From the NCBI GenBank assembly GCA_027491915.1, contig JAOZGC010000004.1, positions 81,654 to 145,653 on the forward strand: a stretch of 64,000 nt of DNA, read 5' to 3'. This document shows, in pieces, positions 46,602 to 55,976 of the stretch (position 1 is the first letter of the stretch; each line of letters starts with the position of its first letter). This DNA is from Thermoproteota archaeon (GTDB taxonomy: Archaea > Korarchaeota > Korarchaeia > Korarchaeales > Korarchaeaceae). Under the pieces are notes generated by a model. It did not search any database. It was not told the DNA's origin and saw only the letters and a program-made list of their open reading frames with translations. The translations under genes were made by a program, and so were the position numbers.

Positions 46602-47790
46602 GCGGCCTCCCCCACAGGAGGAGGGCTTCCCCCTCCCTAGCCCCGCCGAGGAGATCCAGCGACCTAGGATCCAACATCTTCAGGGCTTCGATCACTCTCC
46701 TGCTGGAGGCTATCCCCACCCTGGAGGTCACCAGGATGGCGCCGAAGGAATCCAAGACCGCGGGGTCGACGTCCGGTCCCGCGGCCAGGCACAGCCCCAT
46801 CGAGCCCAGCTCCGATAGGAGAGAATCCGACACCCTCCTGCACCTCCCCCTCCTCAGGTCGGCCGACAGGATGGTCGGCAGGGGCGCGACCGGAACCAGG
46901 TCGCCGATCCCCTCCCTAGTCATCCTGAGCATCACCAGGGCCGCCGCGGCCTCCGCCTCCAGGGGGTCCTCCACCCGGGATGCGTCGACCACCACAACCC
47001 CAGAGCCGGGGAGGAGGGAGCGCAGGCTGAACTCCCCCTCGGACACCTTCCTGATCAGGTCTCTCAGCGCCCCGGGGACCGTCGGATCCCTGGCGATCCC
47101 GGCGGATCCCGCCCTCAGGGCGGAGGCGACGTTCCCCGGATCCCACCCGAGCAGGCATCCGATGATCCCCCCGGCCGTCGAGTAGTACCTATCGTCCCCG
47201 GTCCGGACGAGGTCCACCTCGTCGAGGCGTACAATCCTGAGCGGGACGCCCATCTCCTGAGAGATCTCCGTCACCTCACCCGTGAGATCTATAACGAGCG
47301 GCCGGTGGTGGGAGCGTAGGAGCAACTCCACCGCCCTAACCGGGAAGGCGGAAACCTCGGAAGGATCTCCCCCTATGAACAGCACCCTGGGAGGTCCGGA
47401 CCACGGCGGCGGCAGGGTCTCGCCGTGGGTCTCACCCCCTCCAGAACCTGACCCTGACCCCCCTTCCCCCCTCCTCCAGGCGGAGATCGCCAGGTGGGCC
47501 GGCGGCATGATGAGGGATATCACCATTCCCCCAATCGGGGATACCTCCCCGGCGATCGCAGAGATGGCCAGCATAATCGCCAGGGTGGTCCTAGAGACCC
47601 ACGCCCCGGTTGCGATGAGGGATCCGATCAGGGCGAGGGTCGAGCCGATCACGGGGGCCACGTACCCCCCTCCCTGCGGAGAGCCTCTCCAGGACTCCGC
47701 CTTGAGGCTGAAGACGAGGGCGAGCGCGACGCAGGCCAGCGCGAGCAGGGCGGACAGTCTCCGACGAACCCGGGTCGAGGATCCGATCAA
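46528..47790 (-). CDS. Membrane protein with a degenerate HerA/VirB4-like domain
   Basis: N-terminal TM segments; RVLFIGGDPSE at the Walker A position, LVIDLTGEV, VVVVDAS; TTG start overlaps upstream stop. Confidence 0.5.
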   Translation of the reverse strand: MIGSSTRVRRRLSALLALACVALALVFSLKAESWRGSPQGGGYVAPVIGSTLALIGSLIATGAWVSRTTLAIMLAISAIAGEVSPIGGMVISLIMPPAHLAISAWRRGEGGSGSGSGGGETHGETLPPPWSGPPRVLFIGGDPSEVSAFPVRAVELLLRSHHRPLVIDLTGEVTEISQEMGVPLRIVRLDEVDLVRTGDDRYYSTAGGIIGCLLGWDPGNVASALRAGSAGIARDPTVPGALRDLIRKVSEGEFSLRSLLPGSGVVVVDASRVEDPLEAEAAAALVMLRMTREGIGDLVPVAPLPTILSADLRRGRCRRVSDSLLSELGSMGLCLAAGPDVDPAVLDSFGAILVTSRVGIASSRRVIEALKMLDPRSLDLLGGAREGEALLLWGRPLRSTLVPWDRARPPARPTGRGAPP

Positions 47791-48716
47791 CTCGGACCTA
47801 TCTCCCCCAGCACCTCCTTGTGCTCTTCTATCTCCCTCTCAACCTCCCTGAGCGATTTCTTCAGCTTGGCCACGGACTTTCTCGCCTCAGATCCCCTGAC
47901 CTCGCCGACCGCCGCCCTGGCGGTCAGCCTCTCTATCTCTCCCCTGATCTCCTCGGCGCGCCTGGTCAGCTCCTCCAGATTGATCCTGAGGACCTCCGCC
48001 TCCCTCCTGAGCAAAGCCTCCACCGCGCCCAGCTTGCCCTCGTACTCTCCCCTCAACTTCTCGTACTCCCCCTTAGAGATCTTCCCCTGCCTGAACCTCC
48101 TCTCCAACCTGTCCACGAGATTCCCCAACCTGTTCCTCTCAGACAGCAGTCTCCTCGCCCTGGATATCCTCCTCTTCCTGCTCTCCGCCTTGGACAGCCT
48201 CTTCGCGATCAGCTTGATGACCGCGTAGGCGGCGGCCAGCAGGGTGACGACCGCCAGCAGGGCGACCGCCGCCGACTTGACAGAGTAGGTCAGCGTCAGC
48301 TCGACCTCCGCCGGCCCGCTCTCCCCGACGTCGGTCTCCGCGGTGACCTCGAGGGTGAACCTGCCGGCCACCAGATCCAGGTCGGGCACCCTCACCTCCC
48401 TGGTCACCGAGACAGTCTCTCCGGCCGGAACCGTCAGGGGTTCATCCCAGGGGAACTCGTACTCGCCGAGATCAAGCTCCACAGGTAAGAAGAAGATCTC
48501 CTCACTCCTCACCCTCAACCTCACGCCCTCGACCGTTATCCTGCTGTCGGTGGGGTTGCTCAGGGTGAGCGTGAAGTTCACCGCCTCCCCGGGGGCCGCC
48601 ATAACCTCCTCCGGACTCACGCTTACGGACAGGCCCTGCGGCAGCATCGCCGAGGCGATCGTCGCGCCCAAGATCATCGTTAGGGATATGGGGCCCCCCA
48701 AAACCGCGAGCCGCAT
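47787..48716 (-). CDS. Secreted/bitopic protein: signal peptide, Ig-like domain, TM, CdvA-like coiled coil
   Basis: Beta-rich APGE..FTLTLSNP domain, TM AAVALLAVVTLLAAAYAVI, then RFRQGKISKGEYEKL and ARAAVGEV repeats. Confidence 0.6.
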   Translation of the reverse strand: MRLAVLGGPISLTMILGATIASAMLPQGLSVSVSPEEVMAAPGEAVNFTLTLSNPTDSRITVEGVRLRVRSEEIFFLPVELDLGEYEFPWDEPLTVPAGETVSVTREVRVPDLDLVAGRFTLEVTAETDVGESGPAEVELTLTYSVKSAAVALLAVVTLLAAAYAVIKLIAKRLSKAESRKRRISRARRLLSERNRLGNLVDRLERRFRQGKISKGEYEKLRGEYEGKLGAVEALLRREAEVLRINLEELTRRAEEIRGEIERLTARAAVGEVRGSEARKSVAKLKKSLREVEREIEEHKEVLGEIGPS

Positions 48717-48784
48717 CGCGGCCCGTCGACAGACATGGCTAAAAGCGATGTGCCCCACGGCGGGTCACTTTTATAAATATGGGT

Positions 48785-48796
48785 TAACGAACGTTA
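48785..48796. promoter_or_regulatory. Palindromic operator candidate
   Basis: TAACG-AA-CGTTA just downstream of TTTTATAAATA, upstream of the HTH regulator. Confidence 0.45.
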
Positions 48797-48809
48797 TTGA
48801 GGGACGCGG

Positions 48810-49229
48810 TTGATCGCCCAGCCCTGCGAACTGGTTGTAAAGACGGTGATACCCTCAATCAGGGCCATGGTCGCAAAGGAGCTTGTCCTGGGAATGAAGA
48901 TGCGTCAGGTCGAGGCCGCCAGGTTGCTGGGCGTCACGCAGGCCGCCGTCAGCCAGTACCTCCGGGGGAACAGGGGCGGGATACTCAGGCTGGACCAGGT
49001 CCCGGAGATAGTGGACATAGTCAGGAGGCTGGCCACAGGGATGGCGGCCGGGGATCTCACCCAGGAGCAGACCACCCTCCTCGTGTGTGAGGCCTGCTAC
49101 ACCGTCCGGAAGAAGGGGATCTTCTGCGGGGAGAACGTCCCGGCCAGGGACAAGTACTACGATATAGCGCAGACCGTCTGCCTCTACGACTCGCTTAGGG
49201 AGAAGCTGTTCGGCGAGGCCCACCCGTGA
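48810..49229 (+). CDS. HTH transcriptional regulator (archaeal COG2522-like)
   Basis: PCELVVK.VIPSIRAMVAKEL, QVEAARLLGVTQAAVSQYL, C-terminal Cys cluster. Confidence 0.85.
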   Translation: MIAQPCELVVKTVIPSIRAMVAKELVLGMKMRQVEAARLLGVTQAAVSQYLRGNRGGILRLDQVPEIVDIVRRLATGMAAGDLTQEQTTLLVCEACYTVRKKGIFCGENVPARDKYYDIAQTVCLYDSLREKLFGEAHP

Positions 49230-49323
49230 GACCCCGGCGCGGTCCCGATCCGGCCGCCGCCCGAGCCTTTATCCGGTTAACTTTTTTACGAATGGGATTT
49301 CGATCACCCGGAGGCAGCTCCCG

Positions 49324-50673
49324 ATGCCGGACTCCGTCCCGCGGATAGTTGTTGAACCTCCTGGTCCCAGGGCCAGGGAACTCGTGGAGGAAGACTCCTC
49401 CGTGATCTCTCCATCGTACGTCAGGTTTTACCCCCTGGTAGTCGACAGGGCCGAGGGGTCGCTCCTTTACGACGTGGACGGGAACGTGTTCATAGACATG
49501 AACGCGGGCCTGGCCGTGATGGCGGTCGGCCACTGCCACCCTGAGGTCGTGGCCGCCATCCGGGAGCAGGCCGGCAGGCTGCTCCACTACTCCAACACGG
49601 ACTTCTACTACAAGATCTCCGTCGAGGTGGCCAAGAAACTCGTCCAAATATCTCCCGGGACGTCGCCCAAGAAGGTTTACTTCGGGAACAGCGGCGCCGA
49701 GGCCGTCGAGGCCGCCCTGAAGCTCTCCAGATGGTCCACCAGGAGGCAGTACATCATAGCCTTCATAGGGGCCTTCCACGGCAGGACCTTCGGGGCGCTC
49801 AGCCTCACGGCCAGCAAGCCCGTTCAGAGGGCAGGTTTCTCGCCTCTGCTGCCTGGGGTCGTCCACGTCCCTTATCCCTACGCTTACAGGTGCCCCTTCG
49901 GGGCCCCTCCGGACGACCCAGAGGAGTGCGCCCAGCGGACGCTGGCCTTCATGGAGGACTGGGTCTTCCACAGGTACGTCCCGCCTGAGGAGGTCGCGGC
50001 CATAGTCTTCGAACCCATCCAGGGGGAGGGGGGCTACGTAGTCCCACCGGACTCCTTCATCCCGGGACTCAGGAAGCTGGCCGACGAGCACGGGATACTC
50101 CTGGTGGACGACGAGATACAGTCTGGTATGGGAAGAACCGGCAGGTGGTGGGCCATAGAACACTGGGGGGTGGAGCCAGACATAATGACCTCCGCCAAGG
50201 CCCTCGGAGGCGGGCTGCCGCTCGGGGCCATGGTGGCCAGGTCGGAGATCATGGGGTGGCCAGGGGGATCCCACGCGTCGACCTTCGGCGGCAACCCGGT
50301 ATCCTGCGCCGCCTCGCTCGCCACTATGAGGATCATAGAGAGGGAGGGCCTCGTCGAGAGGGCGAGGGACCTCGGCGAGAAGGTCATGAAGAGGCTGAAC
50401 GAGATGAAGGAGGAGCACGATATGATAGGGGACGTCAGGGGGAAGGGGCTCATGATAGGGGTGGAGCTCGTGAAGGACAGGGAGACGAGGAAGCCTGCCA
50501 AGAAGGAGGCCTCAGAGGTGATGATGAGGGCGTGGAAGAGCGGGGTCGCGGTGATAACGGCCGGACTAAGCACCATAAGGATAGCTCCTCCTCTCAACAT
50601 ACCGGAGGAGTACCTCTTCAAGGCCCTGGATATAATAGAGGAGAAGATCTCGGAGGTGGAAGGCGGCCGCTGA
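49324..50673 (+). CDS. Class III PLP aminotransferase (ornithine/4-aminobutyrate type)
   Basis: NSGAEAVE, AFHGRT, EPIQGEGG, DDEIQSGMGRTG, SAKALGGG, STFGGNP. Confidence 0.92.
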   Translation: MPDSVPRIVVEPPGPRARELVEEDSSVISPSYVRFYPLVVDRAEGSLLYDVDGNVFIDMNAGLAVMAVGHCHPEVVAAIREQAGRLLHYSNTDFYYKISVEVAKKLVQISPGTSPKKVYFGNSGAEAVEAALKLSRWSTRRQYIIAFIGAFHGRTFGALSLTASKPVQRAGFSPLLPGVVHVPYPYAYRCPFGAPPDDPEECAQRTLAFMEDWVFHRYVPPEEVAAIVFEPIQGEGGYVVPPDSFIPGLRKLADEHGILLVDDEIQSGMGRTGRWWAIEHWGVEPDIMTSAKALGGGLPLGAMVARSEIMGWPGGSHASTFGGNPVSCAASLATMRIIEREGLVERARDLGEKVMKRLNEMKEEHDMIGDVRGKGLMIGVELVKDRETRKPAKKEASEVMMRAWKSGVAVITAGLSTIRIAPPLNIPEEYLFKALDIIEEKISEVEGGR

Positions 50674-50739
50674 GAATTCCCGGTGGGTCCGTCCCGAGTC
50701 GAAGAAGCATAATTAACCCTGGGGGCGGCGCCATCCCGG

Positions 50740-51984
50740 GTGATGGAATTCGCCGGAAGGATCCCTACCCTGGCCCTCGGGCTTGCCGCCCTGCTCTCGC
50801 TCGAGGCGGTCTCCCCGGGGGCTCAGCCGCCTCCCCCCATAGTCCTGATATACCTGGGCTACGAGCCCGTCCCCCGATCCGAGGTCGTCGGGGGGGTGGG
50901 GCTGGGCCTAACTGGAACTCGGGAGGTTGACCTGATCGAGGGTCAGAGGGCAGAGATCTCCTTCGAACTCGTCAACAGGGTAGCCCAACCGGCCGAGGTC
51001 GATTTGGAGGCCGAGGTCGATCCTCCCCTCTCAGCCCACTTGGGGGATGATCACGTGGTCGTCCCCGCAGGAGGAAACGCGTCGGCGTCGGTCGAGGTCT
51101 CGGCGCCGGAGGGCCTCTCCGCCCCCTACTCCGGAACCCTGAGGATCGTCGCCAGGGAGGGGGGAGAGGTCGTCGGCGAGCTGGACGTCGCGGTCCGCGC
51201 TATCAGGCTCCCAAGGCCGTCCCTCACCGTCGACGTCGATCGGGAGGAGGCCTACCCGGGACAGAGGTGCGGGGTTAGGATCTCGATCTCAAATGGGGGA
51301 GACCTCCCCTTGAGGGGGAACCTAACGGTCGGAGCAACCGGCGGAGTCCTACATCCCACCGGGGATCTCTCTGAGGACGCCATGACCGGGGGAGCTGACC
51401 TTCCCGAGATAGCCCCCGGCGAGAGCTTGTCCCTCAGCTTCGATCTGGAAATCCCGACGCGGCCTGGCGGTCCTGCGTCCATAACCGCCAACCTGAGTTA
51501 CGGTGCCGGGGGAGAGGCATCCGCCTCCGCCACCGTCGGACTGCTGCTACCTGAAGTGGAGGTCTCGGCCGCGGCGGAGGGGGGAGGCCTCTCGCTGACC
51601 GTATCGAATCGGGGCAACGGCTCGGCCACCGGAGTGGCCGTGACCTTGGAATCCGCGGCACCCTTCAACCTGACGTCCGCCTCTGGGATCGAGCTGGAGA
51701 GGATGGGATCATCCAGCTACCGGATCGCGGCGGGGGACTTGGACCCGGGAGGCTCCCTGTCGATTCGCCTCGAGGGGGATCTCTCTCCCGGACAGCGCAT
51801 CGACATCCTGGTCAATTGGACAACTCCGGGGGGGCTACCCGGAGGAACTTCCACCGGGGTCATCGTCGGGGGCGGCGTCGGGTCGGTCCCTCGGATCTCA
51901 GACGCCGCCATCCTGGCGGTCGTGATCTGCGCGGTCTTGGCCTCCGCCCTGATCCTGAGTATCAGGAGGAGGGCCCGGACCTAA
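50740..51984 (+). CDS. Cell-surface protein with tandem Ig-like (CARDB-like) domains and a C-terminal membrane anchor
   Basis: Signal peptide, repeated xxN.G / PGES beta motifs, TM AAILAVVICAVLASALIL followed by RRRAR. Confidence 0.7.
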   Translation: MMEFAGRIPTLALGLAALLSLEAVSPGAQPPPPIVLIYLGYEPVPRSEVVGGVGLGLTGTREVDLIEGQRAEISFELVNRVAQPAEVDLEAEVDPPLSAHLGDDHVVVPAGGNASASVEVSAPEGLSAPYSGTLRIVAREGGEVVGELDVAVRAIRLPRPSLTVDVDREEAYPGQRCGVRISISNGGDLPLRGNLTVGATGGVLHPTGDLSEDAMTGGADLPEIAPGESLSLSFDLEIPTRPGGPASITANLSYGAGGEASASATVGLLLPEVEVSAAAEGGGLSLTVSNRGNGSATGVAVTLESAAPFNLTSASGIELERMGSSSYRIAAGDLDPGGSLSIRLEGDLSPGQRIDILVNWTTPGGLPGGTSTGVIVGGGVGSVPRISDAAILAVVICAVLASALILSIRRRART

Positions 51985-51985
51985 C

Positions 51986-51992
51986 TTTTTTT
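51986..51992 (+). terminator. Oligo-T terminator
   Basis: TTTTTTT immediately after the TAA stop. Confidence 0.55.
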
Positions 51993-52016
51993 GAGTTCAC
52001 CCCCCCAACCCACCGG

Positions 52017-52253
52017 ATGGGAATGGGCCGGGAGTACGAGGGGCGATCCGAAGAGATCGTCGGCCAGCTCCGCCGGATGGGTATGGTCATAAAGAAGCTG
52101 ACCGACAGGATAGAGGCCGTAGGGAACGACGTCAAGGTGGTCATATTCCCACACGGCGGCTGGGTGATCCTGAGGGGCTCCGGTCCCTCGGTGGAGGCGC
52201 GGGCCTCCGTGGGCAACCTTGATGAGCTCCTGGAGAGGCTCAGGTCCCCGTGA
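52017..52253 (+). CDS. Small hypothetical protein
   Basis: 78-aa ORF with host-like codons (AGG, ATA, GAG) filling the gap. Confidence 0.55.
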   Translation: MGMGREYEGRSEEIVGQLRRMGMVIKKLTDRIEAVGNDVKVVIFPHGGWVILRGSGPSVEARASVGNLDELLERLRSP

Positions 52254-52291
52254 GTATATATCAAATTTAGATATTTAATGAATATATATCA
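52251..52291. promoter_or_regulatory. Tandem near-palindromic operator pair in the ino1 promoter
   Basis: TGAGTATATATCA (52251-52263) and TGAATATATATCA (52279-52291). Confidence 0.6.
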
Positions 52292-52319
52292 TCCCGGCGC
52301 CCTGCGCCGGGGGGATGAC

Positions 52320-53402
52320 ATGGCGAAGGTAAGGGTGGCTCTGGCGGGCGTCGGAAACGTCGCGTCTTCTATAGTGCAGGGGGTGTTCTACTACAAGGAC
52401 GCCCCCGAGGACTCCAAGGTCCCGGGCCTGATGCACGTCAAGTTCGGTCCATATCACGTTGGAGATATAGAGTTCGTGGCCGCCTTTGACGTGGACGAGA
52501 GGAAGATAGGGAAGGATCTATCAGAGGCGATATTCTCTCCCCCCAACTGCGTCCCCAAGTTCGCCGAGGTTCCCAAGCTCGGGGTCGAGGTCCAGAAGGG
52601 ACCGGTCCTCGACGGGGTGGCGCCTCACATGAGGGACTTCAGGTACGGCGAGGGCTTCAGGGTGGACGACGACAGGCCTTCCGTCGACGTGGCTGACGTC
52701 CTCAAGGAGGCCGGTGCGGACGTCCTGGTAAACCTGGTTCCCGTCGGATCCTACCAGGCGTCCAGGGCCTATGCCGAGGCCGCCTTGGAGGCCAAGGTCG
52801 GATTCGTCAACGGGATACCGGAGTTCATAGTGAGCGATCCGGACTGGGGCGCCAGGTTCGAGGCCGCTGGGGTGCCGGCCGCCGGAGACGACTTCAAGAG
52901 TCAGCTCGGGGCCACCATCCTCCACAGGACCATAGCCAAGCTGGCCGTCGATCGCGGGCTTAAGGTGAGGGAGACCTACCAGCTCAACGTCGGCGGGAAC
53001 ATGGACTTCCTGAACATGGTCGAGGAGGAGAGGCTCAAGACGAAGCGGATAAGCAAGACCGAGGCGGTCACCAGCCTCATCCCCTACAAGGTTGGAGTGA
53101 GGATAGGTCCCAGCGACTACGTCCCGTTCTTGGGAGACAGGAAGGTCATGTACGTCTGGCTCGTGGCCGAGCAGTTTGGGGGATTTCCCGTATACATAGA
53201 CGTCAAGCTCAGCGTCATGGACAGCCCGAACGCCGCCGGAGTGGCCATAGACGCCATAAGGGCGGTCAAGCTGGCAAAAGACAGGGGACTCGCCGGGCCG
53301 CTGGTGGAGGTGAGCTCCTACTTCTTCAAACACCCGCCCCGCCAGTTCCCGGACGACGAGGCCAGGAGGCTCGTGGAGGACTTCATCTCAGGGGGAAAAT
53401 GA
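52320..53402 (+). CDS. ino1: myo-Inositol-1-phosphate synthase
   Basis: GVGNVASS, NLVPVGS, GDDFKSQLGAT, QLNVGGN.DFLN, DSPN.AG, FFKHPP. Confidence 0.95.
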   Translation: MAKVRVALAGVGNVASSIVQGVFYYKDAPEDSKVPGLMHVKFGPYHVGDIEFVAAFDVDERKIGKDLSEAIFSPPNCVPKFAEVPKLGVEVQKGPVLDGVAPHMRDFRYGEGFRVDDDRPSVDVADVLKEAGADVLVNLVPVGSYQASRAYAEAALEAKVGFVNGIPEFIVSDPDWGARFEAAGVPAAGDDFKSQLGATILHRTIAKLAVDRGLKVRETYQLNVGGNMDFLNMVEEERLKTKRISKTEAVTSLIPYKVGVRIGPSDYVPFLGDRKVMYVWLVAEQFGGFPVYIDVKLSVMDSPNAAGVAIDAIRAVKLAKDRGLAGPLVEVSSYFFKHPPRQFPDDEARRLVEDFISGGK

Positions 53403-54404
53403 CAGAGATCCGTCGAGGATGGAGTACCTTCTCGGCCTGAATGAGATCCGCTCACCCGGGATCTCAGGCCAGGCCACCTTGAACTCCTCTCCCTCAACCT
53501 CGACCGATACCAGATACCCCCTCCTGGCGTGGGCGTAAGCCACGACCTTCCCAATCACCCCCCCCTCCCCGTAGCAGGGCTCCGAGTCTTCGGGGTAGAA
53601 GGCGACCTCCAACCTGCCGAGTCCCGCCCTGTACCCGATCTCCCATCCTGAGAGGCGGTACCTGCCGGGGGACTCCTCCTCCAGGACGGCTACGTTGGCC
53701 CCGAGGAACTCGGCCGCGAATCTCGATCCGGGCCTGGCCACGACCTCGTCAGGCCTCCCCTCCCGGACATTTCTCCCCGCCCTGATCAGCACGAGCCTGT
53801 CGGCCAGCGCCAGAGCCTCAAACTGATCGTGGGTCACGTGGACCGCCGTGAAGCCAAGATCGGCGTGGATCCTCCTAAGCTCCCAGAGGAGTTCCTCTCT
53901 CAACCTCATGTCCAGGCTGCCGAACGGCTCGTCCAGCAGGAGCACCGCCGGTTCCGGCGCAACCGCCCTGGCCAGCGCCACCCTCTGCCTCTGACCGCCG
54001 CTGAGCTGGTGGGGATACCTGCGCGCCAAGTCGTCTATCCTGAATATCCTCATGACCTCCAGGGCCCTCCTCCTGGCCTCCCCCTCAGGGATCCCCCTCT
54101 CCTCCAGGCCGAAGGCCACGTTCTCGAGGGCGGTCATATGGGGGAAGAGGGCCAGGGTCTGGAACACCATCCCGACGTTCCTCTCCCAGGGCCTCAGGCC
54201 CCCAACGTCGATGCCGTCGAAGAGGACCTCCCCCGAATCGGGCCTCTCCAGCCCTGCTATAACCCTCAGCAGCGTGGTCTTCCCGCCGCCGCTCGGTCCC
54301 AACACGGCCGTTATCTCCCCCTCCCTGAACCTGGAGCTGAACCCCTCCAGAGCTGGCACGCCGCCGAACCTCTTTCGGACGTCCCTCACCTCGACCTCGA
54401 CCAC
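53388..54404 (-). CDS. ABC transporter ATP-binding protein (thiamine/Fe3+ type)
   Basis: GPSGGGKTT, LSGGQRQRVALARA, LLDEP, VTHD. Confidence 0.9.
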   Translation of the reverse strand: MVEVEVRDVRKRFGGVPALEGFSSRFREGEITAVLGPSGGGKTTLLRVIAGLERPDSGEVLFDGIDVGGLRPWERNVGMVFQTLALFPHMTALENVAFGLEERGIPEGEARRRALEVMRIFRIDDLARRYPHQLSGGQRQRVALARAVAPEPAVLLLDEPFGSLDMRLREELLWELRRIHADLGFTAVHVTHDQFEALALADRLVLIRAGRNVREGRPDEVVARPGSRFAAEFLGANVAVLEEESPGRYRLSGWEIGYRAGLGRLEVAFYPEDSEPCYGEGGVIGKVVAYAHARRGYLVSVEVEGEEFKVAWPEIPGERISFRPRRYSILDGSLSFSP

Positions 54405-55924
54405 CTCATCCTCCCCTCCAGGATCCCCTGGATCCAGAAGCCGAGGGCCGTCATCCCCACCAGGACCGCGGAGGCAGCCGCCGCCTCCTGAAATCTCCTA
54501 CCCCCAGACAGTCGGAGGGCGGCGACCGGCAGAGTTTGGGTCTCCGGGGTGGCCAGGAAGGTGGAGGCGGTCGTCTCCGCCAGGGATATATTGAACGAGT
54601 AGACGGCGGCCGACAGGATCGCCGGCGCGGCGGCGGGCAGGAGAACCCTGAACACGGCGTCGGCCCTGCTTGCCCCGAGCGTCTCGGCCGCCTCCAGCAG
54701 CTCCCTGCTCAGCCCGCCCAGCCCCGACTCTACGGCCTGAAGAGCGAAGGGGGCTGCTATCAGCACGTGCGATATCGCTATCCCGACCCAGCCGGGGAGG
54801 TCCGCGCGGAGACACAGGGAATACGCCCCGATGGCCACGGTTATGGAGGATGTCCCCAGAGTCCCGGTTACCGCGGCGGCCAGCGGCCGCCTGACCTCGG
54901 AGGGGGCGACGGCCGCCATCGACGATGCGGCCAGGACTATCGTCGAGGTTAGGACGGCGAAGTAGAGCGAGTTCAGGGTTGGGACCAGGGGAGAGGTACC
55001 CAGTACCGGATCGTACTTCGTGGACAGGACGTCTAAGAATACGGAAGGTCTCATTTCCCCGGTCATGGGATCCACGGAGGCCCTGTAGAACAGGTAAGCC
55101 ACCGGGAAGAGGGCCGCGGCCGCCGCAAGGTATGAGTACAGGACGCCGAGTAGCCCTCCGCCGGAGGGACTCCTCCTCTCTCTGAGGCCGCTGGACCTCC
55201 CGATCCCCGCCCTCAGCAGGGCGGCGGCCGCGGCGAGGGTGACCGCCAGCTGGATGGCGGCCGCCCCGTAGGCCGAATCCCTGTCGAGCAGCACCTTGGC
55301 GAGCGTGTAGATCTCGACCTCGACCGTCCTGTACCTCCCACCCCCTAGCATCAGCGGGACTGCGAAACTGGTCATGGACAGGGTGAACGTCAGGAAGAAG
55401 GCCGAGGCTATCCCCCTCATGGACAGGGGGAGGAGGACCCTCAAGGCCGCCCTGGCCGGGGGGGCGCCCAGCGTGCTGGCGGCCTCCTCCATCTCCCTCG
55501 GGACCACCCTCATGGAGTTGGATATCATCTGGGCGGACAGGCCGAAGTTGTAGTAGGCGTGAGCCAGGATTATGGCGATCGGTCCGCCCGGTATCACCCC
55601 GGATCTTGAGAGCAGCAGGAAGGCCAGTCCCACGGAGACCGGGGGCATCGTGAAGGGGAGGGACGTGACCAGCCTGACGGCGTCCCTGAGGGGATAATCG
55701 TATGTGGCGTCAACGTAGGCCAGGGGGACGGCCGCGGCGACTGCCAGGATCCCGCTGGCGGCGGCCTGCCAGATGGAGAAGCCGAGCGCCCTGACAAGGG
55801 CAGGGTCCCGCGCCGCCCGGATAGCGTTGACCGCCCCTACCTCGACGACCTCCCAGGCCACCGCCGCCCAAAGCGCGAGTAGCGCCAGGGCCGGGGCCGC
55901 GGCCGCCGCCTCTACCCTGTCCAA
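54386..55924 (-). CDS. ABC transporter permease (ThiP/FbpB type, duplicated domain)
   Basis: Two EAA..LGA loops, LAHAYYN, many TM segments; TTG 55924 taken as start. Confidence 0.85.
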   Translation of the reverse strand: MDRVEAAAAAPALALLALWAAVAWEVVEVGAVNAIRAARDPALVRALGFSIWQAAASGILAVAAAVPLAYVDATYDYPLRDAVRLVTSLPFTMPPVSVGLAFLLLSRSGVIPGGPIAIILAHAYYNFGLSAQMISNSMRVVPREMEEAASTLGAPPARAALRVLLPLSMRGIASAFFLTFTLSMTSFAVPLMLGGGRYRTVEVEIYTLAKVLLDRDSAYGAAAIQLAVTLAAAAALLRAGIGRSSGLRERRSPSGGGLLGVLYSYLAAAAALFPVAYLFYRASVDPMTGEMRPSVFLDVLSTKYDPVLGTSPLVPTLNSLYFAVLTSTIVLAASSMAAVAPSEVRRPLAAAVTGTLGTSSITVAIGAYSLCLRADLPGWVGIAISHVLIAAPFALQAVESGLGGLSRELLEAAETLGASRADAVFRVLLPAAAPAILSAAVYSFNISLAETTASTFLATPETQTLPVAALRLSGGRRFQEAAAASAVLVGMTALGFWIQGILEGRMRWSRSR

Positions 55925-55976
55925 CCCCGACCAGGTCCCGCGGCGGGTTTTTATTCGCATCGGGGAGATTCCCCCT

